A DNA stretch of 64,000 bases from Chrysomallon squamiferum (GCA_012295275.1 CM022674.1:13578001-13642000), one strand, 5' to 3'; positions 1 to 13,475 are shown, counted from the stretch's first letter. The notes: a model not told the origin generated them from the sequence alone. Numbers and translations: made by a program.

Positions 1-94
1 GCTTAGTTTTTATTAATTGTGTCACCTGGTAATTTGGGTCTGTGGATGTTAGGGTTACGGTTCAAAAGACGACAACAAGAGAAAGAGAGAAAAA

Positions 95-325
95 GTGTGT
101 GTGTGTGTGTGTGTGTGTGTTTGTCTTGTTGTGTGTTTGTGTGTGGGCGTGTTTATTTATGTATGTATGTGTGTATGTATGTGTGTGTATATGGGTGCAT
201 TTACTTATATATGTATGTATACATTTACTTATATATGTATGATATGTCTAGTGTGTATATCACTGTGTGTATGTATACATATGTTTATAGGAACGTGCGT
301 GTGTCTGTCTGTCTGTCTGTCTGTA
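95..325. repeat. Compound (GT)n/(GTAT)n/(GTCT)n microsatellite
   Basis: Directly visible; explains the V/C/M/Y-rich ORFs at 19-402. Confidence 0.9.
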
Positions 326-727
326 TGAATGTATTTTCGGTTTTAAATATTGCTGTATCACTGTTAGTACATTGTGCACTCTTTATACAACTCAAAGCGT
401 GAAAATAAACACACAAATCAGAATACGTCACTGTATAAACTAATGTTCGACTGTTATTTTTGTTTTTCACTTTCAAAGACTTTTCTAGTCTATTCTCGTA
501 CGCAGTCTTAATAAACTAATCTTTGAACACTTCAGATGTTCCAGCAGATGTCAGACGTCAGGCGACTACCTCTTTAACGTGACGCCAACGACAACGATTT
601 AGAAAAAATATGCAGTCTGTGTTTGTGTCTACGTACTTCAAAAATACAAGAAATAGATTAGGTTAAATTGGTTAATAATAAAATCAAAGCAGATCTTTAT
701 TTATTTATTTATTTAATTTAATTTAAT

Positions 728-746
728 CTATCTATCTATCTATCTG

Positions 747-812
<66 letters not shown>

Positions 813-832
813 AATCTTTCTATCTATCTATC

Positions 833-863
<31 letters not shown>

Positions 864-868
864 CTATT
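728..868. repeat. (CTAT)n tetranucleotide microsatellite
   Basis: Near-perfect run with a few substitutions. Confidence 0.95.
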
Positions 869-1372
869 TATTTTATTTTAATTTTTTTTTTTTTTCAAGC
901 TTTATTTCCTTATTCATTACTATTTTGTATTTATCCTTTTTTTTTTTATTATTAGTATTTCTTTTGATCGTCTGAATTTTGAACCCTGCGCGACAAGTAA
1001 CAGATCATTTATTTGTATGATTCCTGTAACTGCGTCTAGAAGATATTTTAATGACAAAACCCAGGAAGTTCCGAGTTCAGACGTCTGCGTAAAATCACTG
1101 AAGTAGATCGTTAAAAGATTCCTTTCTTAACGAGGTCCACGAAAAGCAGAACAAACAAAATGTTTACTTAAAATCCTATTTTGTGGATAGTTTGTTAGTC
1201 TACGTTTTTAACTGTTTGCGAAGAGAACAGATATTTATCATTATATAATACTGATAACATTGTGTGTGTGTTATGTGTGTATGCCTGTATGCATCTGTAT
1301 GCGTGAGTGTGTGTATGTATGCATGAAATTAAATTAAATATTTTGTTTATAATTATGATTACTTTTTAATAG

Positions 1373-1428
<56 letters not shown>

Positions 1429-2194
1429 TTTCTTTTTTTTATTTTTTTTTTTTTTTTTTTTTTTTTAGCTACTACATAGCTGGTAAATCGTTTTAACCCC
1501 AAAACTACATTCCACGCTCAGAGAAAAAAAATCAGAAAAATCGTTTAGCCTTTTAAATAATTAATTTTTATTTGTCACCTTGTTTTCTGAATGTAATTGT
1601 TTTTCTTTCTCCCGTATTGGTGTGAGAGCAATAATTGGCTTCATGGAGTGAAATAACTTTAAAAAAATATAAAAATAAATTCAGACTGTCGAAAAAAAAA
1701 GATGTACTTTTGAACAGCGCTGTATTGCATTTCAAGTCAGTTTTTCCATTTTTTATTTTATAAGAAAATAGAAAGCAAAATTCAATTTCCAAAAAAATGC
1801 TTCCTGTTTGACTTCTGTTTCACTTAGTTAATTGCGCCTTTAAAACAGAAGCACCAATGCCGATTGTGTTCTCAAATTTACATCGGATTTGAAACAGTAT
1901 TTTTTTTGTCGTTTTCTTCATTATTATTTTTTAATCATGTAAAAAGCTGATTTCCTTTTTGTTCTTTTTTTGTCGTCAGTGTAGCCGAACTGTTAAGTAC
2001 CAAGAAAATATTTTGAATTGCGTCTAGGAAATAAGTTATTTTAAACAAAATATTTAAAAAAAACTTTCGTTATGAACAATTTTCAGAATGGTATAAATAA
2101 ATATTTTTGTTATCGATTTTTGGGGTTTTTTTTTGTTTATTAATTTAAAGAGAAAGTTGCCAGTAATTCATCAATTCAGTTTTATTTGTCTTTT

Positions 2195-2236
<42 letters not shown>

Positions 2237-2365
2237 AAAAAAAAAAGAGAAAAATAATCCACAAAAATATTAAAAAAAAAAAAAATAAATTAAAAAAAAA
2301 AAAAATAATAATAATAAAATAAATAAATATATAAATAAATAAAGATAATAATAGTAGTAATAGTA

Positions 2366-2407
<42 letters not shown>

Positions 2408-4056
2408 AATAACAACAACGATAACAACGACAACAACAACAGTAACTATAGCAATAAAAAATAATAAATAAATAAATAAATAAATAAATAACGAAAACAA
2501 CTGCGCCATAGAATGAAAAAAGTAAGTAAGATATTTTTCTCGCGTGTCTAAAGAATTAAATAAACGAAAACAAAGAAGCAGAAAAGAAAACTAAAATTAA
2601 AATTTTCTGTTTCGAATTAAAACGATCATGCACGTCTGGGCCTGTGTAAAAGAAGCCTAATGAAATGTGATTAAACGAAATAAAGAAATCAAATTACTTC
2701 TGTGCGACAGACAGAAAAAAACACAACAACAAAATAGGAAAGAATTCTGGAATAGGTTAATAACCTTATAAGCACTTTTATTTAAAAGGAAAAGAATCAG
2801 GTATATTAACGAGAATATCGAGCAGTTCAAGTTTTGTATGGTGAAATGTACACAGTATCACTTACATGTGTGTGTGTGTGTGTGGGTGTGTTAATTGTCT
2901 TTACGTTGTATATATAAAAAGATAGAAAAAACAGTATATATATATATATATATATATATTTTTATCTCTGTTATTATTATTATTATATATATATATATTT
3001 TTTTTTTTTACATAGAGGATTTCAGGTATACTGTTTGTTTGGAGTCTTTATTTTTATTATTTGTTTGTTTTTTTTGTTTCCTTTTCCCTTTCTGTGATGA
3101 TGTTTCTACCTTCTTGAAGATTAATAATTAGAATACGTAAAGACAAACTGCATGGAATCTTAAAAACGTTCACGTTACAGCAATACCTTTTCATTTTAAC
3201 ATAAGATATGATTTTAAAGGTTATTAAAAGTTACTTTATGTATCTCACTGCAAACATATATCTATTAATTAAAATAAATAATATAAAATAAAATAATAAA
3301 ATAAAATAAAATAAAATAAAATAAAATAAAATAAAATAAAATATAATATAATATAATATAATGTTTTGGAAACGTTTTATAAACATAAAAAATAAAACAT
3401 ACTTTACATTCTCTTGTCTAATTTCACCTAAGAAGACAAAAGTGAACGAAACAAAATCAAAGTAAATTCAGCTTAAGAAAACTGAATGTTTTGCTAATTA
3501 ATTAAGGGTACGGTCGGGTTGTCGCCCTTGTTAAATCTCCTGGAATAATTAAGGTATTATTGTGACCTGATGCGCTATGTTTTCGACATGCATTTAATAT
3601 CGTAAGTAAACTTCGAGATTTGTGTTATCGATGTAAAACCAGATTATGAATCGCTGAGAAATGAGATCAATACAAGATTGTGTTTAGAGAGATTAACTTA
3701 AGAAAATAATTAGCTAACTAGTTACGAAAACATTAAGATAAAAATTAATTAACTAGTTCTCTGTTGCCCAGTTATGAACTAAGCCAAATATATTTTAGAG
3801 GAAGACAGTGGAAAAATGAAGAACAATAACAAAACAACAAGTCCCTTCCAAAAAGAAAACAATAAAAAAAAAAAAAAAAAAAAAAAAAAATAAATAAAAA
3901 AAAATAAATAAATAAAACACAATAAATAAACAAAAACATAGTAAATAAATAATTTAAAAAAATTAAATAAATAAATAAATACGTACATACGTACATACAT
4001 ACATGGTTGGTTGCTTGGTTGATTTGTCACATACGTATTCGTTCAGAAGATTAAGA

Positions 4057-4102
<46 letters not shown>

Positions 4103-4998
4103 CATGTCGTTTACTCTAATCACGGAAAATATCGGAAAAGGACGGAGAGTAACGACTAAAAACGCAATCGACTAAATTCTTTATAATTCCTGTTATTAAA
4201 TTTGATGACTGTTCATTAAAGCTACTTGCCTTAAGAAATGGCTTTTTTGGCGATGTTTTTTTCCAAGACTCAACTGTAGGTTAATAATACAGGCGTAGGA
4301 AGAAGAATGGAAACAGGAAGAAGAAAAAAAATACGAAGACGAAATCGGAATTTTTATTTTTATGAATCATGAATTTATATACTGCATTTACGAAATTTAT
4401 ACTAAAAAAAAAAAAACTTGAAACTGAAAAAAAACGTAAGGAGGTTTAATAATTATAAATGAATCAAGGATGATCGATATTGAAAAGATATATATATATA
4501 ATTTATGTACATACACTCACACATAAATACACAAAAAAAAAAAAACACAAAAAAAAGAAAGAAGGAAAAACACAAAAAAAGAAAGAAGAAAAAACACGAA
4601 ATAAGAAGAAGAAGAAGAACAAAAACAACAGTATTATAGATATAAGAATCGAGCAAAGATTTAAATTACTTCAATTATCTGTACGTCACAACGTGATGTA
4701 GTTATATTTACAACTCTAAATAATGGAAACCATTGGTTTTCGTCACAGTCGGAGTAATCTCCCCTGTTTTTGCGACGTGTGCAGAAACCGCTCTCCCTCC
4801 GTTCACGTCGCTTGGCGCTAAACATTCTAAAAATAGCTCAAAAATAATAACAGTGCGCTCACGTTTGTCGTGAGTAATCTTTCGTGTTTGACGCTAATCT
4901 CGTGCTATCAGCGAGGAACAAAGACCGCGGGAAGCTATTTATTCCACTTTCAATCTCTGCATACAGGCCGCCCATAACAGAATTTCATATCGGGTTTG

Positions 4999-5029
<31 letters not shown>

Positions 5030-5407
5030 TAGAAAAATAAAAAATCAATTGTTAATTATTCTATCCCGCTCTCTCTGTTGTATAAACAAAGGAATAATTG
5101 TAACAGATTATGAGAATCGGTGTTTATTTTATCTTTTATTCATCCGTTCTGTAGATTAACTTATTTGTTCTTCTGTCCATCTATTCGCTCGGTGACCTGA
5201 TTTTTTTTTTTTTTTTTTTTCTGTTTACTTATGCTTCAGTATATTTATCGATCTGTTGGTAAATTCATCTGTTACACCGTGGTTTCGTGCGTGCGTCTGT
5301 CAGATATTCCGTTTATTATGATTTACACAGCCGATCCACTTTCCCATCAACAATAAGATTAATTTCTTTTTCCTCTTTCTAGTTGAATAACATTTGATTA
5401 TCCATAA

Positions 5408-5534
5408 ATGATGATGATGTTGATGATGATGATGATCATACTACTACTACTACTACTACTAATAATACTACTAATAATAATAGTAGTAATAATAATAATA
5501 ATAATAATTAATAATAATAGTTATAGTAGTAGTA

Positions 5535-5581
<47 letters not shown>

Positions 5582-5700
5582 TTTAATAATAATAATAATA
5601 ATTAATACTAATAGTTATAATAATGATAATAATAATGATGATAATAATAATAATAATAATAATAATGATATAATAATGATAGTAATAATGATAATAATCA
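5408..5700. repeat. Compound trinucleotide microsatellite (GAT)/(CTA)/(AAT)/(AGT)
   Basis: Successive trinucleotide blocks are directly visible. Confidence 0.9.
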
Positions 5701-5929
5701 TACAAAGAAAAAATAGAAAAGACATCAAAGCAATGATCGTCTGATAAATTATCGAAGATTTAATCTTTCTGATTTTATAACGAAGAACAAAAACACATTC
5801 AAGTAAACAAAAGGATGTTAATTCTGATTTTCACGTGGAATCGATTCCGTTGTTTTTGGTATAGCAGTGTATAATACAGTATGAAATAGTTTTGAATCGT
5901 ATGGTTATGAATTGTACAGTAAGGTAATA

Positions 5930-6365
5930 GTGTCTTTTGATGTGATATATAGTAAGATGTGGTATGATATAGTATAATATGGTATGATATAGTGTTGTAT
6001 GGTATAGTATGGCCTGGCTTGGTTTGGTAATGTTATAGTTCTGTTATGTCATGTTATATTATGTTATGTCATGTTATGATATGATATGTTATGTTATGTT
6101 TTGTTATGTTACGTTACGTTACGTTACGTTACGTTACGTTACGTTACGTTACGTTATGATATGTTATGTTATGTTATATTATGTTACGTTACGTTACGTT
6201 ATGTTATGTTACGTTATGTTATGTTTTGTTATGTTACGTTATGTTATGTGATGTTATGATATGTTATGTTATGTTTTGTTATGTTATGTTATGTTATGTT
6301 TCGTTACGTTACGTTACGTTACGTTATGTTATGTTTTGTTATGTTATGATATGGTATAATATGAT
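5930..6365. repeat. Pentanucleotide repeat tract (TGGTA / TGTTA / CGTTA variants)
   Basis: A 5-bp register is kept across ~430 bp while the unit sequence drifts; pure (CGTTA)n at ~6110-6155. Confidence 0.9.
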
Positions 6366-6379
6366 ACACATGTGTCGTC

Positions 6380-6945
6380 AGTCAGATACTGTGCTGTAAC
6401 TTACACACACGGCAGAGAAAAGCAGATGTCAACACAGTAATATACCAGGAAACAAGACCAAGAACTAAACGAATGTTCAAAAGTACATTCACACCAACAA
6501 ATCATTTTTTTGACCCAAGCCTACGAAAAACAAATATCTGCGACAGAACACTTCCATCGAGAGCGATCCAAAGTTAATTAACTCCGACCTCAAATAAAAC
6601 AGTTTAGCGAGACCCCAGTTTGTGATGTTAACAGTCAATTCAACCCGCGATCGACAAGGCAGAAATAGTCCCACTTAGCAAGATAGCATAGAGATGGGAT
6701 CCTTCGATACGTCTCGCCTCCAATTCTGAAGTGACTGACAACAAAAAGTCCACGACAAACATGTCTGAACCTCTGGCAGTATCAACACTGCGAAGATAAT
6801 AAATCAATAAGCAACACGATATAATGAAACGAAAGGACTGAAGATATTAAACTTTACAAAGGAAGGTATTAGACGCAAGAACTGAAGAATACTGGACCTA
6901 AGAATGGGGCCTATTGAGCGAAGGGCAGAAAGTATAAATGAGTAA
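6380..6945 (+). mobile_element. Highly decayed 3' fragment of an RTE-clade LINE ORF
   Basis: Hand translation across frameshifts and stops gives, in order: RYCAVTYTHGREKQM (cf. RTE-type YLGSxITxDGRCxKEI), TNICD/QNTSIE (cf. NILTNRNISIE), QFSETP (cf. LYGSETW), DSIEMG (cf. EAFEMW), QF*SD (cf. ISWTD), HDIMKRK (cf. GHIMRK) and GLKILNFTKEGIRRKN*RILD (cf. GLENLVLTGKIEGKRSRGRQRIKYLD). Followed by A-rich sequence and (AG)n. Consensus strings are from memory, not from an alignment. Confidence 0.5.
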
Positions 6946-7011
6946 AAACGAAAAAAATTAATTCAGACAAGACTGAATGTAAGAAAGTTTTAAAGGAAGA
7001 ACATGAGTGAT

Positions 7012-7123
<112 letters not shown>

Positions 7124-9479
7124 TGATTTATTTTATTACGGAACGTAAAATGGAGATCGCGACACAATTAAATTCAGCCATAAACTGTTGCGCTTGTATT
7201 AAGCAGACCACTCTGATGCAGTCTATCGCAATTTCTCAATCAACTTATAATGGCGGCTTAGTAACGAGACGGCTATCGCCGGATGCAGAAAGCATGACAA
7301 AAAAAAAAAAAAAAAAAAAAAAATTGATCACTCTGTGAGTAGCAACTGCTCACTAACACACTGCCAGTGCTCACTGTGAAACTGCAGACGGCGGGAAAGA
7401 CTCTCGCACGCGCCCCATACAGCGGCATTAAGCTCGAGGCTTTGGCGGGTTTTGAAGGAATCACTGTTAGGTAAACGCGGCTCGTGGAGAGAATTACTGA
7501 GTTTCCGCTGACTCGTGTCGTGCGGCTTACAGAGGCTAAGTTGAAGTTATTTTTGAGATTTTTTTTTTTTTTTAAATATTTAGTTCTGTGTGTCGGCTCT
7601 CATCGTCTTCATCAACAACATCAGCACGTTTCACTACAGCAGGGTCATCGTCGAAGTCAACAACGTTAGAGCAGTGAGCCCCGAAATGGTGTTAAATCGA
7701 TCCTCCTGGATTCATGCATAGCTCTATTTCCCGTTCCTGCCTGTGCTCATTATCGATGACGTATATATTAAAATGTCTTTTATAAGTTATATAACAAGTA
7801 CAATTAAAAGACATACTTTGATATCTGTCTAGATTATTGTAGGAAAAAAGAAAAAGAAAAAGAAAAAACAAAACAAAAAAAACATATGATTATTATTGTT
7901 AAACGTATTATCATAATCGTTATCTTTATTACCATAAATACAAACCTGTTATTAGCATTTGTATTACTAGTTCAATCATCATCATTATTTATCTTCCTTA
8001 TTACTGTTACTACTACTGCTACTACTACAACTACTACTACAGTTACTACTATTATTAGTATTGTTGATGTTGTTGTTGTTTTGTTGTTCTAGGTATTATT
8101 GGTGTTGCTGTTATTACAGTTTGATGTTGTTGTCGTTGTTGTTGTTATTACTCTATTATTTTTATTATTATTATTATTATTATCATTATTATTGTTAGTG
8201 TTAGTGTTACTATTGTTGTTGTTTTTATTATGATGATCATCATTTTATTATTATTGTTATTGTTGTTTTTGTTTTTATTATTATTATCATCATTTTGTTG
8301 TTGCATTCAGATTTTATCAGATCTTTTCATCTCCGTTTGTTTTTACATCTTGCGAACAAAAGATCTGATGTTGCCTCTACTGAAGGAGATGTCAGTTTTT
8401 GTTAAAGTTTCACTGCTCGCAGTAATAACTGCGTGTTTTCAGCTTCGCGTTCGTCCATTTTGCTAACACGCTACCGAGTTTCCGTTTCAGCAGGTCTAAA
8501 ACACTTAACGATCTTACGTCAGTCGGCGGTTCTCGTTTTTGCTCGTTAATTCCGATACGTTACTTGGCCAACATGTACAGCCATTTTTTTTTAATTTTTT
8601 ATTTTTTTTTGTATCATTCTGTTCCTTTGTTTTTAATTTTAAATTTGTTTTTATTTTTTATTTTTATTTTATGGTAAAAGAAGTAGAAAGAAAGAACACA
8701 GTGGAGGAATTAAACAAAAAAAAAAAAAAAGAAAAGGAAGAAAGAAAAATAAGATCGAAGAAAGGAATAAATTAAGTAAGAAAGAAAAGAAGAAAATTAG
8801 GAAGAACGGAAGAATGGAAGAAAAAAATGACGAATCACAAATTAAAACTGAAAGAATATAAAGACGAAAGTAATAAAGACATTTTTTGAAAAACTGATAA
8901 AGAAAGATCGATTCAGAGGGGAGAAAAAAGTAGAGTATAATTATTTAGTCGTTCACTAAACTTGTTATATATAAAAAAGAAACAATAATTCTTATTTCAA
9001 TTTTTTCTCCCTTTTACTTTCATACTTTTCATACTTGATTGCAGCATAACTGCATGTGTGTTTTTGTGTGTTTGTGTGTGCGTGTGTGTGTGTGTCAGAG
9101 AGAGAAAGAAAAGGAGAGAGATAGAAAGAAAGGGAGAGGGAAAGAGACACAAAGAGAGAAAAAGCTAGGAAGATGGGCAGAAAGACAGAGTCAAAGAGAA
9201 AGAGAGAAAGAGGGAAGTAAAAAGAGAGGACGTGAGCAAATCTAAATCTTGTCTTATTTAATCAATGCACAATCAGAAAACGTGCCTCTATCAATTATAT
9301 GAAGAAATACATTTTTTTTTTAAAATATGATTATTTTAGCTTTCCTTTTATATCAATCGATAATTTAATATTCTAAAATTATTATTTTTTTAAAAAAAGA
9401 ACAAACTTCTCGCACTTTAAAAAAAAAAAAAAAAAAAAAAAAAATTAACTATGGATGTGTTTATTCATATCGCAGTCGA

Positions 9480-10140
9480 CATTCTGACACGTGTGTTTAA
9501 ATGAAGCCAGTAAATGTACTTTAAAAATCAACCACTGCAAGTCTTTTTCTTTAAATCTTCGTGACGGAACAGGATTAGCCACGTGTTCGGAAAATAATTC
9601 TGCCCGAGGAAAGATAGGAGTCATCCCCTCCGTCGCAACACCGGGACCACGTCAGAACGCGGCGCTGGTATTTTTTAGAGTTATCTGTCCTTGGATGCTG
9701 TTGCGGATTACGGTTTCTCTCGGCAGATCGCTGTCAGTTATCCTTATTGCTCGGCCCGGCGTTAAATCATTTACTTGAGCGTGCACCGTCTTCTCGGGCA
9801 AGTAATCGAATGGAACTCGAACACGATCGTGAGTTTCCGGCACTCGCAGCGGAAATAAAACGAAGCAGACGTTAATGCACGAACGTCGCCGCTGTTTCGC
9901 TGCTTGTTCCGCTGTAATTGAAGTGATTTGCCTTTTATTGAAGCGCACGAAAAATCAACACCGTGTATTTTTGGCTTTAATCGTCTGCTCTGTCTGAAGA
10001 AAAGACGGTGGCGGCCATTAATTAGACTGTCACCTGGCGTGAAGGCGCAACACAGATGAAAATGACATTGTATTTACCCTAGTTTTTAGTGAGCTTGTTC
10101 GAGCGGCGTATTCCGGGGTTAACGTGGGACATATTAAAGA
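9480..10140. promoter_or_regulatory. CpG-retaining unique island, candidate cis-regulatory element
   Basis: Locally GC/CpG-rich and non-repetitive. Contains GGATTA (K50 homeodomain) at ~9571 and ~9705, CACGTG at ~9580 and ATTAATTA at ~10017. No credible ORF. Confidence 0.3.
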
Positions 10141-10424
10141 TTAATGTGATAAATCAAATTACTGCAAAATACTCGTCTGTTGGTCACACAATTCAGAATC
10201 TTTTTTTTTTTTTTTTTTTTTTTTTATTTTTTTCTCTCACTTCTAGTATTATAATGAAAGAATAATAACTACGGCTGGAAATTAATTCAGTATGAAAAAT
10301 AACAAGGTTAATAAACTAAAATATGATACTATCAAGGCAGACGTAACCACGATAGGGTTAAATTTAAAAAGCTAAAACTTATAACAACGTCAAATACAGG
10401 ATCATCAATGCAGTCGCATGTTAG

Positions 10425-10800
10425 CATGGCTGATAATTAGAGTAGTGAGAATGTCACAGGGCTAGATCATTAGAGACGTTAGAATCGTAGAGTTAGTATG
10501 TTAGTTAATTAGAGAGAAGTGAATGTTAGTGTTAGTATGTTAGTTAATTAGAGAGAAAAAACTTAGCATAATCATGTTAGATAATTAGAATGTTAGTATC
10601 TTAGATAATCAGAGAAGTGAATGTTAGTGTTAGTATGTTAGATAATTAGAAAAAAAGAGTGTTAGAGTTAGTATGTTAGATAATTAGAGAGAAAAGAGTG
10701 TCAGAGTTAGTATGTTAGATAATTAGAGTTAGAGTTAGTATGTTAGATAATTAGACATAAGAGAATGTCAGAGTTAGTATGTTAGAGATTTAGTTAGAAA
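10425..10800. repeat. Decayed ~39-bp minisatellite with core GTTAGTATGTTAGATAATTAGA
   Basis: The core recurs about 8 times with variable GA-rich linkers. Confidence 0.85.
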
Positions 10801-11417
10801 TAACAGAAAAATCGAATGGTCTTAAACCTTTTATCGTTTATCATGGGTAGAGGAACCAGTTCAAGGATGTGACAAGAAAAGCTCGTAACAGTGAACTTGA
10901 CGTGTTTAGCCATACGTCGCCGACTTGCACACGTCACTGCTGTTCAGTCTAGCCCCGCCCCCTGTATACGACGTCCTTAAACTGACTAATTCCCAGCCGG
11001 TCCAGACATCCTAGCAGACGTGAAAGTAGAACAGGACTCGCTAATTAAAAACTGAAAGAAAGACGCGTTAATTAGGTTAGTTTGTCTGCCGCTGATTTCA
11101 TGAGGGAAATCCACGTTTGATATTCTGTGTTTAATCTTTTCACGTCGTGGAAGATGATGTCGTAGAGGGAAAGGTCCTTTTTTGTTTTGTTTTGTTATTA
11201 TTAGAGAGGGTCAGGTCCAGAATACATCCAGTGTAATGAAGGAGTTGTTCTTTTTTTCTTTTCTGTTTTTCAGAGAGAGAGAGAGAGATTTATACGTCAG
11301 TGTTTAATTCTCCGTAATATGAATAAAGAGTGGAAAAAAAAAAAAGGTGTTGTTGCTGTTGTTGTTGTTGTTTTTGTTGTTGGTCTTCTATTTGTTCTTC
11401 TTCTTCCTCTTCTTCTT

Positions 11418-11485
<68 letters not shown>

Positions 11486-11616
11486 TGTACTTATTATTTT
11501 TTCCATATAAAACTTGGACATGAATTTATGATTATGTTAGCCCGTAGCACTATATTTCAAAACTGATTAAAAATCTCTCCCTCTTTCTCTCCCCTTTCTC
11601 TCTGTATCTCCTCCCT

Positions 11617-11735
<119 letters not shown>

Positions 11736-11889
11736 ATTCATTTTATTTACCGTTCACTCAATTTCATTCCTTTTTCTTTTTTGTTTAATTTCCTTATTGT
11801 TCTTTTAACATTCTTTCTTTCTTTCCTTTGTTTCTTTGTTCGTTTGCTTGCGTGCTTGTTTGTTTGTCTGTCTGTCTGTTTATTTATTT

Positions 11890-12032
11890 AGTTATTAATT
11901 TATTTACTTATTAACTTACTTAGTTATCTATTTACTTAGTTATCTATTTATTTACTTATTAACTTACTTAGTTATCTATTTATTTAGTTATCTATTTATT
12001 TACTTATTAACTAATTTAGTTATCTATTTATT
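11890..12032. repeat. Tetranucleotide-derived higher-order repeat (TTATCTATTTA / CTTATTAACTTACTTAG)
   Basis: The block TTACTTATTAACT...TAGTTATCTATTTA recurs three times. Confidence 0.7.
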
Positions 12033-12099
12033 TGTCTCTCTCTCTGTCTGACTCTGTGTCTGTCTGTCTATTTATTTATTTATTTATTTATTTATTCTG

Positions 12100-12660
12100 C
12101 CTAAAAGTCGTCTGCCACTTTCGACTCCGAGTCTCGAAGTTTCCAAACGGTTTGTTATCGCCCGTCTCCCGGTCGTTTAGTAGTGGCAATGCGTCCGATA
12201 ATCGTTCTCATTAACTTTGTAATTGCAGGTTAATTGTCGACTCGGCGATGTGTAGGCTACACGAGGCCAGAATAGCAATAAAAGCGAAAGCCTCGACCAG
12301 CCTCCAGTTCCAAACCAGTCCGTGGACGTTTCCAAAAAATAAATAAAAACTAGACATTCCCGCGGAGCGATATTCCTCGAGGAGACGTATAACCACACCG
12401 AGCAAATTAATCCGCACTCCTACATAGTGTATTATTATTACTCGTTCAGGTTCCGCGGAAATAAAGCGAAGAATAAAAACAAACGCCCAGCGTTTATTAA
12501 TTTAAAAATAATACAAACCAGTTTTTCTACGAGTAAATATCCCAGAACGAGACTCATAACCACATTCACTGAATTAATCCGCGGTTACAGGCGCGTTGCG
12601 ATGGCAATAAAATAAGTCCCGGTCTAGCGATAAAAATAATACATTAATGCCCGGAATTTT
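12100..12660. promoter_or_regulatory. CpG-retaining island with clustered homeodomain-type motifs
   Basis: ATTAATCCGC at ~12406 and ~12574, GCAATAAAA at ~12275 and ~12604, and several further TAAT/ATTA cores in otherwise GC-rich unique sequence. Confidence 0.35.
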
Positions 12661-12917
12661 ATTTTTACCGTATATACTCTTGTTGATACGCTTAGCAATT
12701 AATGACTTATTTAATCTGCTTTGATTACTGAGAAAAATAAAATGTTATCAAATTTCTCGTGTCTTCATTACTGCATTAGGAACTTGGCTGTAATAATTTC
12801 TTTTCGTTTAATATTTTAGTGTCAGTTAATTCTGGTTTATTATGATTCAAAAGAGTTAATAAAATGTAATAGTAATGAAAATAAAAATGAATTAAAAAAT
12901 ACAAGAGTAAAAAAATA

Positions 12918-13056
12918 TAATAAATTAGATGAAAGATAAAATAAACGAGAAAGAAATACATAATAAATTAGATGAAAGATAAAATAAACGAGTAAGAAAT
13001 ATGTAATAAATTAGATGAAAGATAAAATAAACGAGAACGAAATACGTAATAAATTA
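12918..13056. repeat. 43-bp tandem repeat, ~3.2 copies
   Basis: TAATAAATTAGATGAAAGATAAAATAAACGAGAAAGAAATACA starts at 12918, 12961 and 13004, with a partial fourth copy. Confidence 0.95.
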
Positions 13057-13413
13057 ATGAATACAGATTTCAGTTTTGCAGAAGATTAAAAAAACGTATA
13101 AAAATAAAATATAATAATGAAAAATAGTACGTGAAAGGAAAGAATGAAAGAAAACAAAATAGAAGAAAACAGAAGAAAAAAAGAAGAGGCATAAAATGAA
13201 AGCAATAAAATAAAAAAAATGATTGGCTATTTAAGAAAATTTCACCTCGAAAACGCCAACACAAAGATGGTTACACATCGTAAAAGCAGAATAAAAATAT
13301 AAGGAGAGGAATAATTAAATGAAACGTGCAATAATTTCAAATACAAAATAAAATCGAATCAATAAAACATAAATAAAACAACAAGAAAACCCATAAATAA
13401 ATAAATAAATAAA

Positions 13414-13475
<62 letters not shown>

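Noticed and set aside
10425-10800. Interstitial telomeric repeat
   Set aside because: TTAG words are followed by A/T rather than GG, and the period is ~39 bp, not 5-6 bp.
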